Notes: generated by a model from the letters alone, not told the origin. A DNA stretch of 61,142 nt from Nemertoderma westbladi (GCA_032718475.1 JAUCBJ010002484.1:1-61142); one strand, 5' to 3'. Positions 1 to 11,334 are shown, counted from the first letter of the stretch. Numbers and translations are program-made.

Positions 1-2
1 CG

Positions 3-110
3 TTCTTAGATGGTGAAGTCAAACTACAACTCATCAAGCAATCCAGAGAGAAAACATCGGAAAATAAGGTAAGTGAGAAACCCACTTCTAGGAGAAGAGT
101 AACACCGGTG
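3..110 (+). pseudogene. Gag fragment of copy A, interrupted at 110 by an insertion
   Basis: Translates FLDGEVKLQLIKQSREKTSENKVSEKPTSRRRVTPV, matching the copy B Gag. Homology resumes at ~1382 (CYTDDGESQ). Confidence 0.9.
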
Positions 111-1381
111 CCTAAGGAGGTGAGGTCTCTATAGGGGTGCCGGTAACAGGCGGCGGCGGACTCGTGAGGGTCTGGGGGCACGTTAAATCGTTACTATAGT
201 GCAAGGGAGTTACTGAAGGCCCTCGTGTCTAGCGAACCATGAATCAACATGGTGCCGTGGTACCGTCTAGTCGGCCTGTTGCCGTACTGCCAGTCCTGTA
301 CACAGTAGGGGTGGTGGCATGGCGTGATCTGTGGTTTATGTGGTCTATGTGGTAGGTCTATGTGTGGTATGTATGAGTTGACCAGACTCTTTACTGTCTC
401 CAATCGGTTGCCAAAACGTGTCTTTTCCCAGGGTAGCACTATTGGAATGGAGGTGTTGCATCGGAATGGACAGGTTCCTGATGATTCTGTTGGTACTACT
501 ATTGGAATGGAGGTGGCACCCGGAATATCGGCTGCAAGGAGGGGTTGGTGTTGTAGTGTGGTCCGAGTGAATGATACTCTGGAATCTGTGGTTTGTGTGT
601 GTACGTGGTATACGTGAGTGTGTGTATGGCCACTGCGAGTGAGTGTGGGAAACCTTGCCGGTTGGTTCAGTCGCCGCCGGTTATTAGTAGGACCATATTT
701 TACTGCGCCCCAGCATACTTTGTGCACACAAAGTTATTTTACCCTGTCGGTAAAATAAAGTACTCTCGACTTTTATTAGTCGGTACAATTTTGTCCCCTC
801 TGATTTTGTCACCGATTTTGTCTTCCCCGATTATGTCCTCTGTGTGTGCGTGGTATGCGTCAGATTTTGTGTTTACCGTAGTGTACTTGATTTCGTGAAT
901 ATCTGTTGAGTACACGTGTACAGGACGGGTAAGTGGTTACTTGTTCCTAGCTTTCGAGCTAGTCAGTATTGTTTGTGGAACCGACTTCCCCTCAATACTG
1001 CCGGCGAGGCGGGTGAAAACGGTCAATATTCCACGTTGGGTAGCGCAAGCCCACATGGGACAAGACCGTCGGTTTGGCTCAAGGGTGACCTTGATGCTCG
1101 ATCGCTATCGACTGGTCCACCCGCCGGTTGACTCTCTGAGTTGGCTCAATGTACAGTCAGGCCACAGTAAGTTGACAGTGGGCGATCTTTGTAGTTTGGG
1201 TCGGCCACACACGACGAGCTGTGCCGGTGTGATCGGGGGATTGAAAAGTGAACCCGGGAAGCATCGGGCTACCCTCCGGCCCGGTCTGATAAAAACATCA
1301 GTCGGACTGGCCCCAAGGGTGGTGGGACAGCGTCCGCCTCGTGGGTGCGCCTCGGGGAGGAGCCCAGAAGGACGCAAGCGG
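111..1381. other. Unidentified GC-rich ~1.27 kb insert in gag of copy A
   Basis: Absent from copy B. CGGTG occurs at both junctions (106-110 and 1379-1383). Internal direct repeat actattggaatggaggt (~438 and ~498). No clear TIR or TG..CA ends. Confidence 0.75.
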
Positions 1382-3058
1382 TGTTACACTGACGACGGCG
1401 AAAGCCAAGTTTCCCAAGATGAAGACAGCGGGAAAGACACCGAAAGATCTTATTATATCGACAAAACCTCCAAGGACGTAAGTAAATACAAAGCTCGAAC
1501 CAACAATAGGAGAGAACAGGTTACTAAGAGCCCTCCTCAGTCTCCTAACCGAATGCGCGGGAGAAAGCCCGAAGAAAGAACGAGAGTGCAGAACGTTAAC
1601 CAAGTTAAGGTGAGTAACATCAAACCAAAATGTGCGCTGTGCGACGGGCCTCACCGTTTGAGTGCGTGTGCTGAATTTCTAAAGAAATCCCCTGTAGACA
1701 GACGTACAGTCCTGTGGAATAAGCGGCTATGCTATAATTGCCTCAGATCAGGACACCAACGGCGAACCTGTTACTCCGACGTAAAGTGTGCAAAGTGTGG
1801 CGCGAAACATCACATCTTGTTACACAGTGAGTTCGAACGAGACAACCCGAGTCAGGTAAGTGAGCCCGAATTACATGTCCAATTCAGTGATGTGAACGAC
1901 ACTGACCAAGGTTCTGAGTGGGAAGGATTCTATACAGACGAATTCTCCGATGCCAACGAATCCTGTTATCTAATAAATACCACAGTGTATCGAGCACTTA
2001 CGGATGAAAAGGACACTGACGAGTTTACTCCAACTCCTTTTGACAAACAACCATCTTGGAAAGTTCCAACTTCCAACATAGGAATAAGAGAATTTCCTGT
2101 AGTGCAAGTTCGAGTTCATGGTCCCAACAAGAGTTACATAGTGAACGCCCTACTTGACTCCGGCAGCACAGGAACATTCATCGATCAAGAACTAGCCGAA
2201 GATATCTTTGCTGGACAACCCAAGTTCCGGACTAAATTGAATATGTCAGGAATTATGCAGGTTTGGAAATCTACCCTAACGGCAGATTACTATGTAGGTG
2301 TGTTGTCCACCCCCCAGGATAAGTTAGGAACACAAGGTATAAGGTCAGTAAAAATGGTGGCTATAAAGAACTTTGCTACTACTCAAGCAGAACCTTATAA
2401 CTGGGACGAGGACGAGTGCATCCAACATCTTGAGATACCTCGATTCCAAACCGATTATCCTGGAGTGCAAATACTCATCGGCCAAAACGCGCATGAGGCG
2501 CTCGAGCCATTAGAGAAACGGCCTGCTCAACCACAGCCACTACAAACCTATGCGGTAAGAACTAGAGTAGGTTGGTACTTCACTGGCCCTTCCCGTAGAA
2601 CTCTCAAAGAGAGATTACCTCAACAACAGGTATACCAAGTAAAGGGGGAAGTGGAGAGCAGTGATGTGGACGATCCAACTGAGGGAACACCATACTCCTC
2701 AGATAATGACGATATTAACTCCAATGTAGATCAATGGAGACATTGCCTTGGGACGATTAATCCAGCCAACATCGCTTCCAGAGGAGCAACTCCCCAAGAA
2801 CTGATAGATACTCCAGGCTGGTTAGGTGGATCCGACTCCTTAAGTAAAGAAGAAGAAGAATGGCCTCCTCATCTTACCACGGCAGAGAGTAGACAGGCCA
2901 AGGGAGCGGAGAAACTAACACAAGAACTCAATCGCCCAGCTGGTCGTTTATGTTTACTGGAAAGAGACCGAAAACTGTCCGGAAACTATGGAAGGCAAGA
3001 TACTCTTCCTACGACCACTTCCCTAATCCGACAAATATCTAGGGACTCTATAACGTAA
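941..3058 (+). CDS. Truncated BEL/Pao Gag (three zinc knuckles) plus aspartic protease; native part 1382-3058
   Basis: CALCDGPHRLSAC, CYNCLRSGHQRRTC, CAKCGAKHHILLH; protease ALLDSGS..ILIGQN..RTRVGW; then jumps to the Pao post-RNase H linker (QWRHC..NPANIASRG..WL.G..L..EEEEWP). The N-terminal ~147 codons come from the insert. Confidence 0.85.
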   Translation: MFLAFELVSIVCGTDFPSILPARRVKTVNIPRWVAQAHMGQDRRFGSRVTLMLDRYRLVHPPVDSLSWLNVQSGHSKLTVGDLCSLGRPHTTSCAGVIGGLKSEPGKHRATLRPGLIKTSVGLAPRVVGQRPPRGCASGRSPEGRKRCYTDDGESQVSQDEDSGKDTERSYYIDKTSKDVSKYKARTNNRREQVTKSPPQSPNRMRGRKPEERTRVQNVNQVKVSNIKPKCALCDGPHRLSACAEFLKKSPVDRRTVLWNKRLCYNCLRSGHQRRTCYSDVKCAKCGAKHHILLHSEFERDNPSQVSEPELHVQFSDVNDTDQGSEWEGFYTDEFSDANESCYLINTTVYRALTDEKDTDEFTPTPFDKQPSWKVPTSNIGIREFPVVQVRVHGPNKSYIVNALLDSGSTGTFIDQELAEDIFAGQPKFRTKLNMSGIMQVWKSTLTADYYVGVLSTPQDKLGTQGIRSVKMVAIKNFATTQAEPYNWDEDECIQHLEIPRFQTDYPGVQILIGQNAHEALEPLEKRPAQPQPLQTYAVRTRVGWYFTGPSRRTLKERLPQQQVYQVKGEVESSDVDDPTEGTPYSSDNDDINSNVDQWRHCLGTINPANIASRGATPQELIDTPGWLGGSDSLSKEEEEWPPHLTTAESRQAKGAEKLTQELNRPAGRLCLLERDRKLSGNYGRQDTLPTTTSLIRQISRDSIT

Positions 3059-3603
3059 TAACATATGGAGTGGGCGTGTGGCTATATCATTTTATATTTG
3101 TTTTTATTTTATATTTATGTATGTATTATTATGTAATTTTATTATAATCGTTTTCTTTAATTTTATTTAGTAAAATGTTATTTTAGAAAATTTAGTAAAT
3201 TAGTGCAATATATTAGTGTTTATTACGTACATAATTACTTATAATATATATTTAGTGCGACGGCGAGAAATAATTATTTTCTCTTCCCTTACTGTCCGTA
3301 TCATATTATAAATACGTGACTACAGTAAGATGAAATGTCTGTACTTCTTAAAGTACAATAAAGCCACTACTATATTTAAGTATTATTGGTAGGCAGAGTA
3401 TTAGGAATGCAAAGTTCAGATCCTCGTGTCTCGGCTAAACCAAGCTCTGGGTAGACCTTGGAAACGACTTGCCTCTTCACACTGACATTGCTTCGTGCGA
3501 TATTGCTCTTCTACCTTATAACAAATAATACATATAGTAGCGTGATGTCCCTCTAACAGTAGCGTCAATCGCAAATAAATCTGTTAAACTTTTGACCATC
3601 TGT

Positions 3604-3870
3604 AATTCTAGTCGATTAAGATATCGTGGCACCCACCGATATACTTGAAAGACAAATTCTAGAATCAGTGGTTAACGTCCCCAGACAAGTTCTGGAATAA
3701 ATTGGTGCCCATCCTAAATATTAATTTAATATTTGTTAAAATCTGTAAAATCCCGATCCTTTAAAATTTCTAGTCAATTAAGATATCGCAGTATTTACCG
3801 ATATTCTTAGAAGGACTATTTTACAGAATTAAGGATCCTGAGTCCCCAGATATGCTCTGGAATAAAATTT
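3604..3870 (+). repeat. Two diverged ~100-bp direct repeats (spaced ~160 bp), each with hairpins
   Basis: ttctagtc(g/a)attaagatatcg-loop-cgatat..ctt ... gtccccaga-n5-tctggaataaa at ~3604 and ~3766. Also present in copy B (~21885-22155). Confidence 0.75.
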
Positions 3871-4141
3871 ATGTCAATTTAATATCAAATAATAAAATTC
3901 ACGGGAATAAATTTAAATTCATATTCAAATGAATTTCATAAATTGTCATTTTGTACAATTTATAACATTCCCAAAATTCCAGTAATTAATAGATCATGGG
4001 AGCGGAGATTCATATTGAGTGTACTAGAGTGTGAGAATCTCCAACATATAGTCAATAGCCGATAAAATTTATAAAATCATGCATAAAGAGGATATTGACA
4101 ATTAAAGAATTACTATTAAATAACATCCCAGATCTGTATGC

Positions 4142-4582
4142 ATGAGGATTGCCCTAATTCTACCGCTAGTTTTCCATAATGTCACCATGGCAACACCCAC
4201 GCTAGAATTAGAAACAAGTTAAAGGAACAATAAAAGCTTGCCCCATTGCGTAGCATAAGAGTATACATAGCGCGCTATTAGTATCCAAGGATACATAGTA
4301 ATAACGTGACATTCTGGAAGACACTGACTAACGGACAAATGGCATGCATGTGTGCAGTAAGTAATGATTGTATGGAATTTGTGCGTTTATAGGTGAATGT
4401 TACTACTAAAGTGTGTTTACAGTAGCTAATCGCAATTGTAAAATAGCCCTAACTCTACCGAGATAACCTCAAGTGGATTCAAGCCTTTGGGACGGACAGT
4501 GGTGGGACTTGTGCCGGTTATCGTTGTCGTGCTGTTGCTACATGTTGGCGTAAACACTGCGACAGCGGTACATCGGCGCTGA
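4142..4582 (+). pseudogene. Possible decayed env-like remnant (signal-peptide-like start, Cys-containing segment, TM helix)
   Basis: 4142 MRIALILPLVFHNVTMATP; MACMCAVSNDCMEF..VNVTTKVC with stops; ends GRTVVGLVPVIVVVLLLHVGVNTATAVHRR* at 4582. The same pieces occur in copy B. Confidence 0.4.
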
Positions 4583-4680
4583 GAAACCCACTGTCCGGGG
4601 GCAAAAAGCCTAGTAGGCAGCGACGCCCGCTTGCCTAAAATATTAATTTATATTGATATTAACAAACTCAGATAGCAGAT

Positions 4681-6633
4681 ATGACGGAATTGATAGAAGA
4701 TGACCTTGGTATTAGAGAGCGATATACTCTACCTTTACAAGCGTTTGTGGATAGCTTGATACGCGGTGAAGCCGATCCGACTATTACGGAGGACGATGGT
4801 CGTTATATCGAACCGCCGATGTCCCAGGAACAACTTACGCGTGAAGCGGACTATAGAAAATTCACCGCTCGCTATACGAATCGCAATGGTACGTATATGG
4901 ACTTCTTAACTACCGGCCATCCCACCGATTTACATGATACTGATGATGTAGACACCGAAAGGGAAATGGTTTTATTTAAATATCATTCTCAGCGGAATCG
5001 TAATGATAAACCGAGAATAGAACACGAGAACTCTATTCGCAACCTACTCGACAGAGAAAACGTTGAAGAACCCGATAAGCGTATCAACTTCAACGACTAC
5101 GTGGAATTTTTGCGGGAAACCTATCTCAATATTGCCAGTCAACAGAACCTAGAGACTCGATATCCTCAAGGTATACATCACGATCCCATGGTAGAACTCA
5201 AACGACTCTATTTCACCATGATGTATCTTACCGCAGATCGTCCACTGCCTGTTGTCCCGGACAGTTTTGAACAAATGGAAGAGTATTGCAAAACTGGCGA
5301 ACGATCACCCGCGTTTCCTCTGCAGGACGTACGTCTTTGGTATTATTGTGACTCATGTCCTAGACCTAACCAGCAAACGGAAAGACATAAACATCCGCGG
5401 AGACGTTGTGCTAAACACAGTTTTACGCGTTATACTTACGGGAGTTTCGAGCGAAACCTGTTCGACGTATCACCTACGATCGCCCGTCTAAAACGATCGC
5501 TAAATAAACCCATGATCAGAGTTCCGGAATACTCGGTCAGACCTCCCCATTTCCCCGTGAGACCTCAAACTCTTGATCCTAACAGTCTCACTGATCCTCC
5601 CGAGTTATACTCACTGTTCAAGGATTTGGTGTTGCCCGAGCAGTTAATCGGTGGTGTTCCTGAGGTAGGTTCGTTGGATATTCGACCATCCTATTTGACC
5701 GGATTGGGACGCGGACATCTAACATCGCCATTTAATCCTTACAACCGGCCAGGATTAACTCCGATACAACCTGCCACGGAAGTCGAGGAGAGTGTCATCA
5801 GAAACGCTCTAGACGCCATCCGACAGAAAATCGGAAAGGGAACCCAGGATTTTCTAGAGAAACGTAAATTACAGCAGCAGGTCCAATCGGTGAAAGAGCT
5901 AGCCTTGCCGCAGTTTGATAGAGAAATCCAAAACCTCGAAGAGGACATCGAGCTTGGACGTACGTATTCTCTACAGGAGTTTCTGGAAGAACGCTTACAG
6001 AAACAGGCGGAGGAGAATCAAATGGAGGAGAGGCATACGGAAATGGATGAGAGAGAAGAAGCCGCTTTAGCCCAACCCGAAACTCAGATACTCATAACCG
6101 ATCTCTACTCTAAAACCGTCCGTCATCCCTCGATGGTTCCGCATTTCGGAGACAAACTTTTCGCAAAGATACAACCCCAACCGGTTGATATCAGCATAAG
6201 ATCGCAAAATCTTATCGCTGACGCTCCTATGTTACAGCGTCCGCCAATCGAGGCCGCTCGAGTTGACGGTATACTCGTTGAACCTCCGGACAATCGAGCG
6301 GATCTTGTCCGTCGTATGGTACACGATGTCAACATACGCGCTAGACCTTTACAGAACTCTTTTTATGGAATTAAAGATCACCCTTATTATGTTAATCTGA
6401 CTCAATATTATATGGTAAAACCGGATATACCGATCGCAATCCCATACCTTCTGATGCAATCATATTGCACCCTTCACCCAGGAGTTATAGCCCTCCTCGT
6501 AAAGTGGCTCGCCCCAAAGAGAAAAGGACTCTTGCTAGCTTTAAAAAACTGCGTAAACGCCGTCCGCGCAAGAAAGACTAACTGTTTAGAGTATTTTTAT
6601 ATTTTAGAAACTGTGATTTTGTATATTTTATAG
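4681..6633 (+). CDS. Orphan 650-aa ORF in the env position of copy A
   Basis: Open 650 codons, with a Cys/His cluster CDSC..HKH....CAKH and a Glu/Gln-rich coiled-coil-like segment. The first 121 codons and last ~210 nt are shared with copy B. No family recognised. Confidence 0.75.
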   Translation: MTELIEDDLGIRERYTLPLQAFVDSLIRGEADPTITEDDGRYIEPPMSQEQLTREADYRKFTARYTNRNGTYMDFLTTGHPTDLHDTDDVDTEREMVLFKYHSQRNRNDKPRIEHENSIRNLLDRENVEEPDKRINFNDYVEFLRETYLNIASQQNLETRYPQGIHHDPMVELKRLYFTMMYLTADRPLPVVPDSFEQMEEYCKTGERSPAFPLQDVRLWYYCDSCPRPNQQTERHKHPRRRCAKHSFTRYTYGSFERNLFDVSPTIARLKRSLNKPMIRVPEYSVRPPHFPVRPQTLDPNSLTDPPELYSLFKDLVLPEQLIGGVPEVGSLDIRPSYLTGLGRGHLTSPFNPYNRPGLTPIQPATEVEESVIRNALDAIRQKIGKGTQDFLEKRKLQQQVQSVKELALPQFDREIQNLEEDIELGRTYSLQEFLEERLQKQAEENQMEERHTEMDEREEAALAQPETQILITDLYSKTVRHPSMVPHFGDKLFAKIQPQPVDISIRSQNLIADAPMLQRPPIEAARVDGILVEPPDNRADLVRRMVHDVNIRARPLQNSFYGIKDHPYYVNLTQYYMVKPDIPIAIPYLLMQSYCTLHPGVIALLVKWLAPKRKGLLLALKNCVNAVRARKTNCLEYFYILETVILYIL

Positions 6634-6659
6634 ACTTAAATCCCATTTTCTGGGAGCGG

Positions 6660-7900
6660 TGTAAAAGCTTCTGTGGGATATAACTGGCCCCTTTTGCTTC
6701 GCAATCCAGTTTCCCCACAGGCGCTGGAATACTCTAAAAAGGTTCTCTAACTGTATATATATTCCCCTCGCCCGCAAGGTACCTTTACAGGTGTTTTAAC
6801 GGACATAAAAATCATTCTGCTATATACGTGTTTTGGCGGACATGGTAAGGCAAAAAACCTGTAATGCACCAACTACCTTTCACAGCTTAGCCGTGATGAT
6901 TCATATTACGACATCTAACAGCTGGTTGCTGACATGGAAACAGCCATTGGACGCACGGTTCTTTGTTTGGCTTGAGCCAATCGGAGCGATTTTTCCTGTC
7001 GACGTGTAGCTTTTCAGTCGATCATAAGGAGAGTGTTCAGTCTTACTGTTTTTTCTTGATACTTTGTTGTTATTGCTGTCTAAGCCAGAAACACCGGCCT
7101 TTTAGTAAGAACTATAGTAAACTGCTTGAATTATCGAAAGTATAAACTGTTACCTAACTTAACACTAATTACCTTATACATACTCACTTAATTTAATTGC
7201 ATTAATCATATTGTTTTTACTGTTATTTTACCGTCAGTTATTAATTGTACCTATTTGTTGATGGAAATATTGCTATTTGGATAATACGGATAAATCACCC
7301 AATTCCCAATTTTCTTGATAACACTACAGGTTAGAGAGACCGGCTATACATAACAATTGCGATTTATATTAATGTGGTGTGTATTGAATCCAATGTTATT
7401 TAGCAGACCCTACGTGAGTCAATTACTGCTCTCTTTATGTGTGATCAAATGTACTGACTGTCGGCAGAATAGTGTGTATGATTGTGATTGGTAACAAAGT
7501 ATTTCCTAAAGAATACGCTTTATACTTTAATCATAAGCAGTATCGTTGCGTTTAGTATAAGTCTTAGTTCTGTTTAAATAGATAAAGCGCCACGTCCTAA
7601 AGGAACTGTTAATATTTCCCGAAAGCCAATAATATCTGTCAGAGATTAATTATTAACGATCTATCGAATAATACATTAGGTATACACTGCAACCTTACAC
7701 TGTAATAATACAATTCAAGCATCCGAATTCAGTCTCCCGGGTGTAGATCCATCGGGTGAATGATCGCGCATGGGCTGACTTCGGCTAATGTTTTGCGTAT
7801 TAGCATAAATTATTGTCGTATGCTAAAGTGGTTTTAATTAACTAAAAGACATATAAATTTTGGCAGGTTAAACTGCTAAAGGTCTTCAAAAGCGCGAACA
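6660..7900 (+). repeat. 3' LTR of copy A (1241 bp)
   Basis: TGTAAAAGC...GCGCGAACA, homologous to both copy B LTRs. CCAAT-like boxes at ~6945 and ~6977; TCAGT Inr-like motifs at ~7014 and ~7037. Confidence 0.93.
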
Positions 7901-8487
7901 AGCGCCTACTGGAGAAGACTGGGGGGTCAACGACCTCCGCCGCGTTTCAGGAGGGGCTCCTTGAACTCCGAAACAGCCCCAGGGAGAGTGGCTTCTCCCC
8001 AGCGGACATCATGTTCGGCCATCCTATGAGGTCGCGCGTTCCGGCCCACCACAGCGCCTTCGCTCGGACACTCCAGGAGACCCGGACGGAGCTAGACCGA
8101 GTGGCGCCGGCATTAAAATCAACCAGGACCGCCCAATATAACCGCGGAGCGAAGGCCCTGGAACCACTCGCGGTGGGCACCAGGGTCCGGGTTCAACACC
8201 CGACCAATAAACGGTGGGAGTGCACCGGCACCATCGTTGAGTCCGGTAAACACCAGAAGTATACTGTCCGGATGCCTTCCGGACGCACACTCATCCGGAA
8301 CCGACGCCTACTTATTCCGGACACCGCCCTCCAGGAGACACCCACGGGCCTACCAACCCCGGACGCGATACCCACAGCCCCCAAACTCGTACGCTGGCGT
8401 GAACCCATCATCGAAACTCAACAATTTGAGAAACTTTCAGTTTCCAAACACCCGAGGCGGGTACATCAGCCACCCGACCGACTCTGA
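7901..8487 (+). pseudogene. Ty3/Gypsy integrase C-terminal part, interrupted by copy A
   Basis: RLLEKTGG...FQEGLLELRNSPRESGFSPADIMFGHPMRSRVP...LEPLAVGTRVRVQ...W..TGTIV...YTV...GRTLIRNRRLL; followed by PPT gaaaggggg. Confidence 0.85.
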
Positions 8488-8553
8488 CATCTGAGTAAGA
8501 ACGAATTTTAGCTCGGCACCGCCTCAGGCGGCTAACCCGAGCTCGAAAGGGGG

Positions 8554-8869
8554 TGTGGCAATAGCGACTATGGTACCAGTACCGGCACTATATACTTTCA
8601 CTTTGATGACGACCGAGAGTCTGTCTGTGTCTGTCATATCATCTGTAGATACTTAGGCTATCAGTACCGACTGTCCTGTCTACCGGTACTATGTTTGGGC
8701 CTAGATCCGTGTAGCCCAGTAGGCTACCTTTATTCGATATATGCATTATACTGTTATATGTTATTATACTTATCTGCTCCGGCATATGTTCCGATTTTAC
8801 AACATTGCCTGCACGGCGTCCCGATAACGCGATAACTGGTATGCGGGACCGAGAGTAGATTCCCCCACA
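8554..8869 (+). repeat. Putative 3' LTR of the Gypsy element
   Basis: Starts TGTGG immediately after the PPT. The end is uncertain: CCACA at 8869 or CAACA at 8804. Confidence 0.55.
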
Positions 8870-9764
8870 TACACCTTTGAATACTTTCTAATGCTTTTTT
8901 ACAACTATAGATAATACCCAAGTCATGACTGAGATTTTTACCAATCCATCAGTCCATTGGGACTTACACATAACTAAACAGCTGTGATGAAATGGTACTT
9001 CCTAATGTGGTTCCTTTTATATGTATTCCATTATTGGGAGCCATAAGGGTGAGCGAGGAGGATTCGCATGGGGGGTGGAAAATCTCCTTTACAGCGGGAC
9101 AATTATTGTTAATGATAAAATAAATACAATAAAACACAATATGCAGTGCTTCGCATGAAATACGTATTATTTATCTACATTTATACGATGAATTAATTAA
9201 TTTTATTTGCCTACCGGTAACCTAAATAATACACAATTCACTCTACTAAGGTGCGTCAAATTCGAAGTGTGAAATTATTCATCAGCACTCACCCATATAT
9301 ACTGACCGGTAAACAAAACTAAAACATATTTTAATTCAGTTAGTTATAAAACTTATAAAACTATAACTACGTTATTACGATATGACCCGTAATACTGTCG
9401 TGCAGTATAGCAGTTGTGACGTTTTCTGTCGGACCCATATTTTTCAACAAATATTTATAGTATCGCTTGAAATTTGAAACACAAATAGTTCAAACTTACC
9501 GTCGATAACCACAAGAAGCCAGAATTTTCAAATTTGCTTTTATACACTGCCTTTGGTTCTTGTACCGTTAGTGCAGCATACTTGCACCTTTCTTATCGCG
9601 GCCATTCTTCATATTGCAGGATTACCTTACAGTTGTAGTAGTTTAGTTATTTATGTTACTTTCTTTTTTGTAAAAGAAATACTGTAGTTCAGTATCAGTA
9701 GTTATTACAAAGCTTATTGGGTCTAAATAATTCTGGCTCCATGTGGCGATTATTGATTAATTAC

Positions 9765-10790
9765 AAATGTGACTGACCGAAAATTGAATTAGTTAACAGC
9801 GTTCATCGCAATAAGTAAATGGCAAGCCAAATTTTCAAATAAATTTTTGGGTAGAGTTCATCCATCATGTGCATTACCATAAAAAAATACTTGGCGTAAT
9901 GTTTGTTAAAAATTATTAGATGTTTTGTAAACGTGACTGACGGAAGGCAATTAGGACCACATTTTGATGACATATTTTTGACATTGCAAAGTTCATTTTG
10001 TTATTCTATGATATTTTTAGCTTCAGGCAGCCAAAAACTTCAGTAATTAATAGGCACATTAATTACTCTATAGCTACAAAACGTGACTGACGGGACAAAA
10101 TGGAACCATCAAACATTAATTCCTAGCAGAAACATTCCGAAGTAATTTTAACTTTTTATAGTCAGATATTTATTGTTTATAGACAATATTTGTGATATAA
10201 TATATATATTTTGTTTATTTTTCTTAATTATTATTAGTTATTTTATTTACTCTAATAATTATATAGTGTTTATTAATCCCAGCTAGCAATTTGTAAATTA
10301 ATTAACTTGATGCTATTAATCAATTAGAATTTTATTTTTTAATATTTTCAATTCAATGCACAGATTGAAATATTTTCTGGCCAATGTTCAAAAATTACCA
10401 ATATTCATAGTTTTTGTTTTGCTAATAAAGCTGGAAATTCCGTCAGTCACAGAAAGTTTAGTTATTCTGATACAGAATTAATTTCTTTCAAACTTTATTA
10501 TCCATCATGACCAAAATTCATTCTATGAGCAATATTAACACTATTAGATAAAGGCAATGCCTAAAATTCACCAATAATGCTAAATTCCGTATGTCACATG
10601 TCACTGACGGAATTCTTTAGTTAGCTCTTAAATTAGGTAGGTATTGTTTTTATCTGATCGTTTTAATATTACTCACGTATTTTGGTCATGAGATTATCTG
10701 AATTTGTGGAGAAGAAAGATTGCCAGAAAGCCTTTCTATTTCAGAATAACTTAACTTTAGTATTATTTTATGTGACTGACTGAATTTTCA
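9765..10790. repeat. Dispersed GTGACTGACGGA motifs in both orientations (probable DNA-transposon subterminal remnant)
   Basis: Copies at ~9769, 9933, 10083, 10438 (inverted), 10586 (inverted), 10600 and 10772. Confidence 0.5.
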
Positions 10791-11334
10791 GCAGTGGTGA
10801 GCAAAACATTTGTTTCTGTCGGAAGGCTTATTGAAATCCAATAAATATTTTTGTGAAATAGTTTATTGAAGTGGTGGTTCCAAAATATACTTGCATTAGC
10901 ATGATAATATATTATAGTATAATAAATTTAAATCAATATGAAAAATGCTAATTATTATCACAATTATGTCATCAATTTTCCGGAGACTTTACAACCCAGT
11001 ATTTTTTTTCTAAGTAATCAAATATTCATATCATATATTCATCCATATATCTATATCCTACACTTCAGCACTTTGGATACCGTACTTTTAGGATATGGAA
11101 ACCATTTTTGGTGATATGGATGTTAATTTTTTTATGTTAAGTGTGACCCTTTTTCAATAATCGCCATGTTGACATCGACGGTGAGTTGAACTAGGTGGGT
11201 TTCAAATTTCAAGCAAAATGTTAAAGATCTGTAGAAAATTTTTTTTTTTTGGGGGGGGGGGGGGGGGTCCATTCCGTGTCACCAATATTACGAATCACGG
11301 TGTAAATAGTATAGGTTCAGGTCTCGTTGTTGGA

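Larger units (their letters stand above)
1..7900 (+). mobile_element. BEL/Pao-derived non-autonomous LTR element, copy A (5' part outside window)
   Basis: Colinear with the reverse complement of 18326-24490: gag, protease, spacer, orphan ORF, purine-rich tract (ctgggagcgg 6650-6659), then a TG..CA LTR at 6660-7900. No RT (YxDD), RNase H or integrase motifs. Confidence 0.92.

Noticed and set aside
194-898. Overlapping ORFs (177, 97 and 101 aa) in the GC-rich insert
   Set aside because: No recognisable motifs, low-complexity TG-rich sequence and non-ATG starts.
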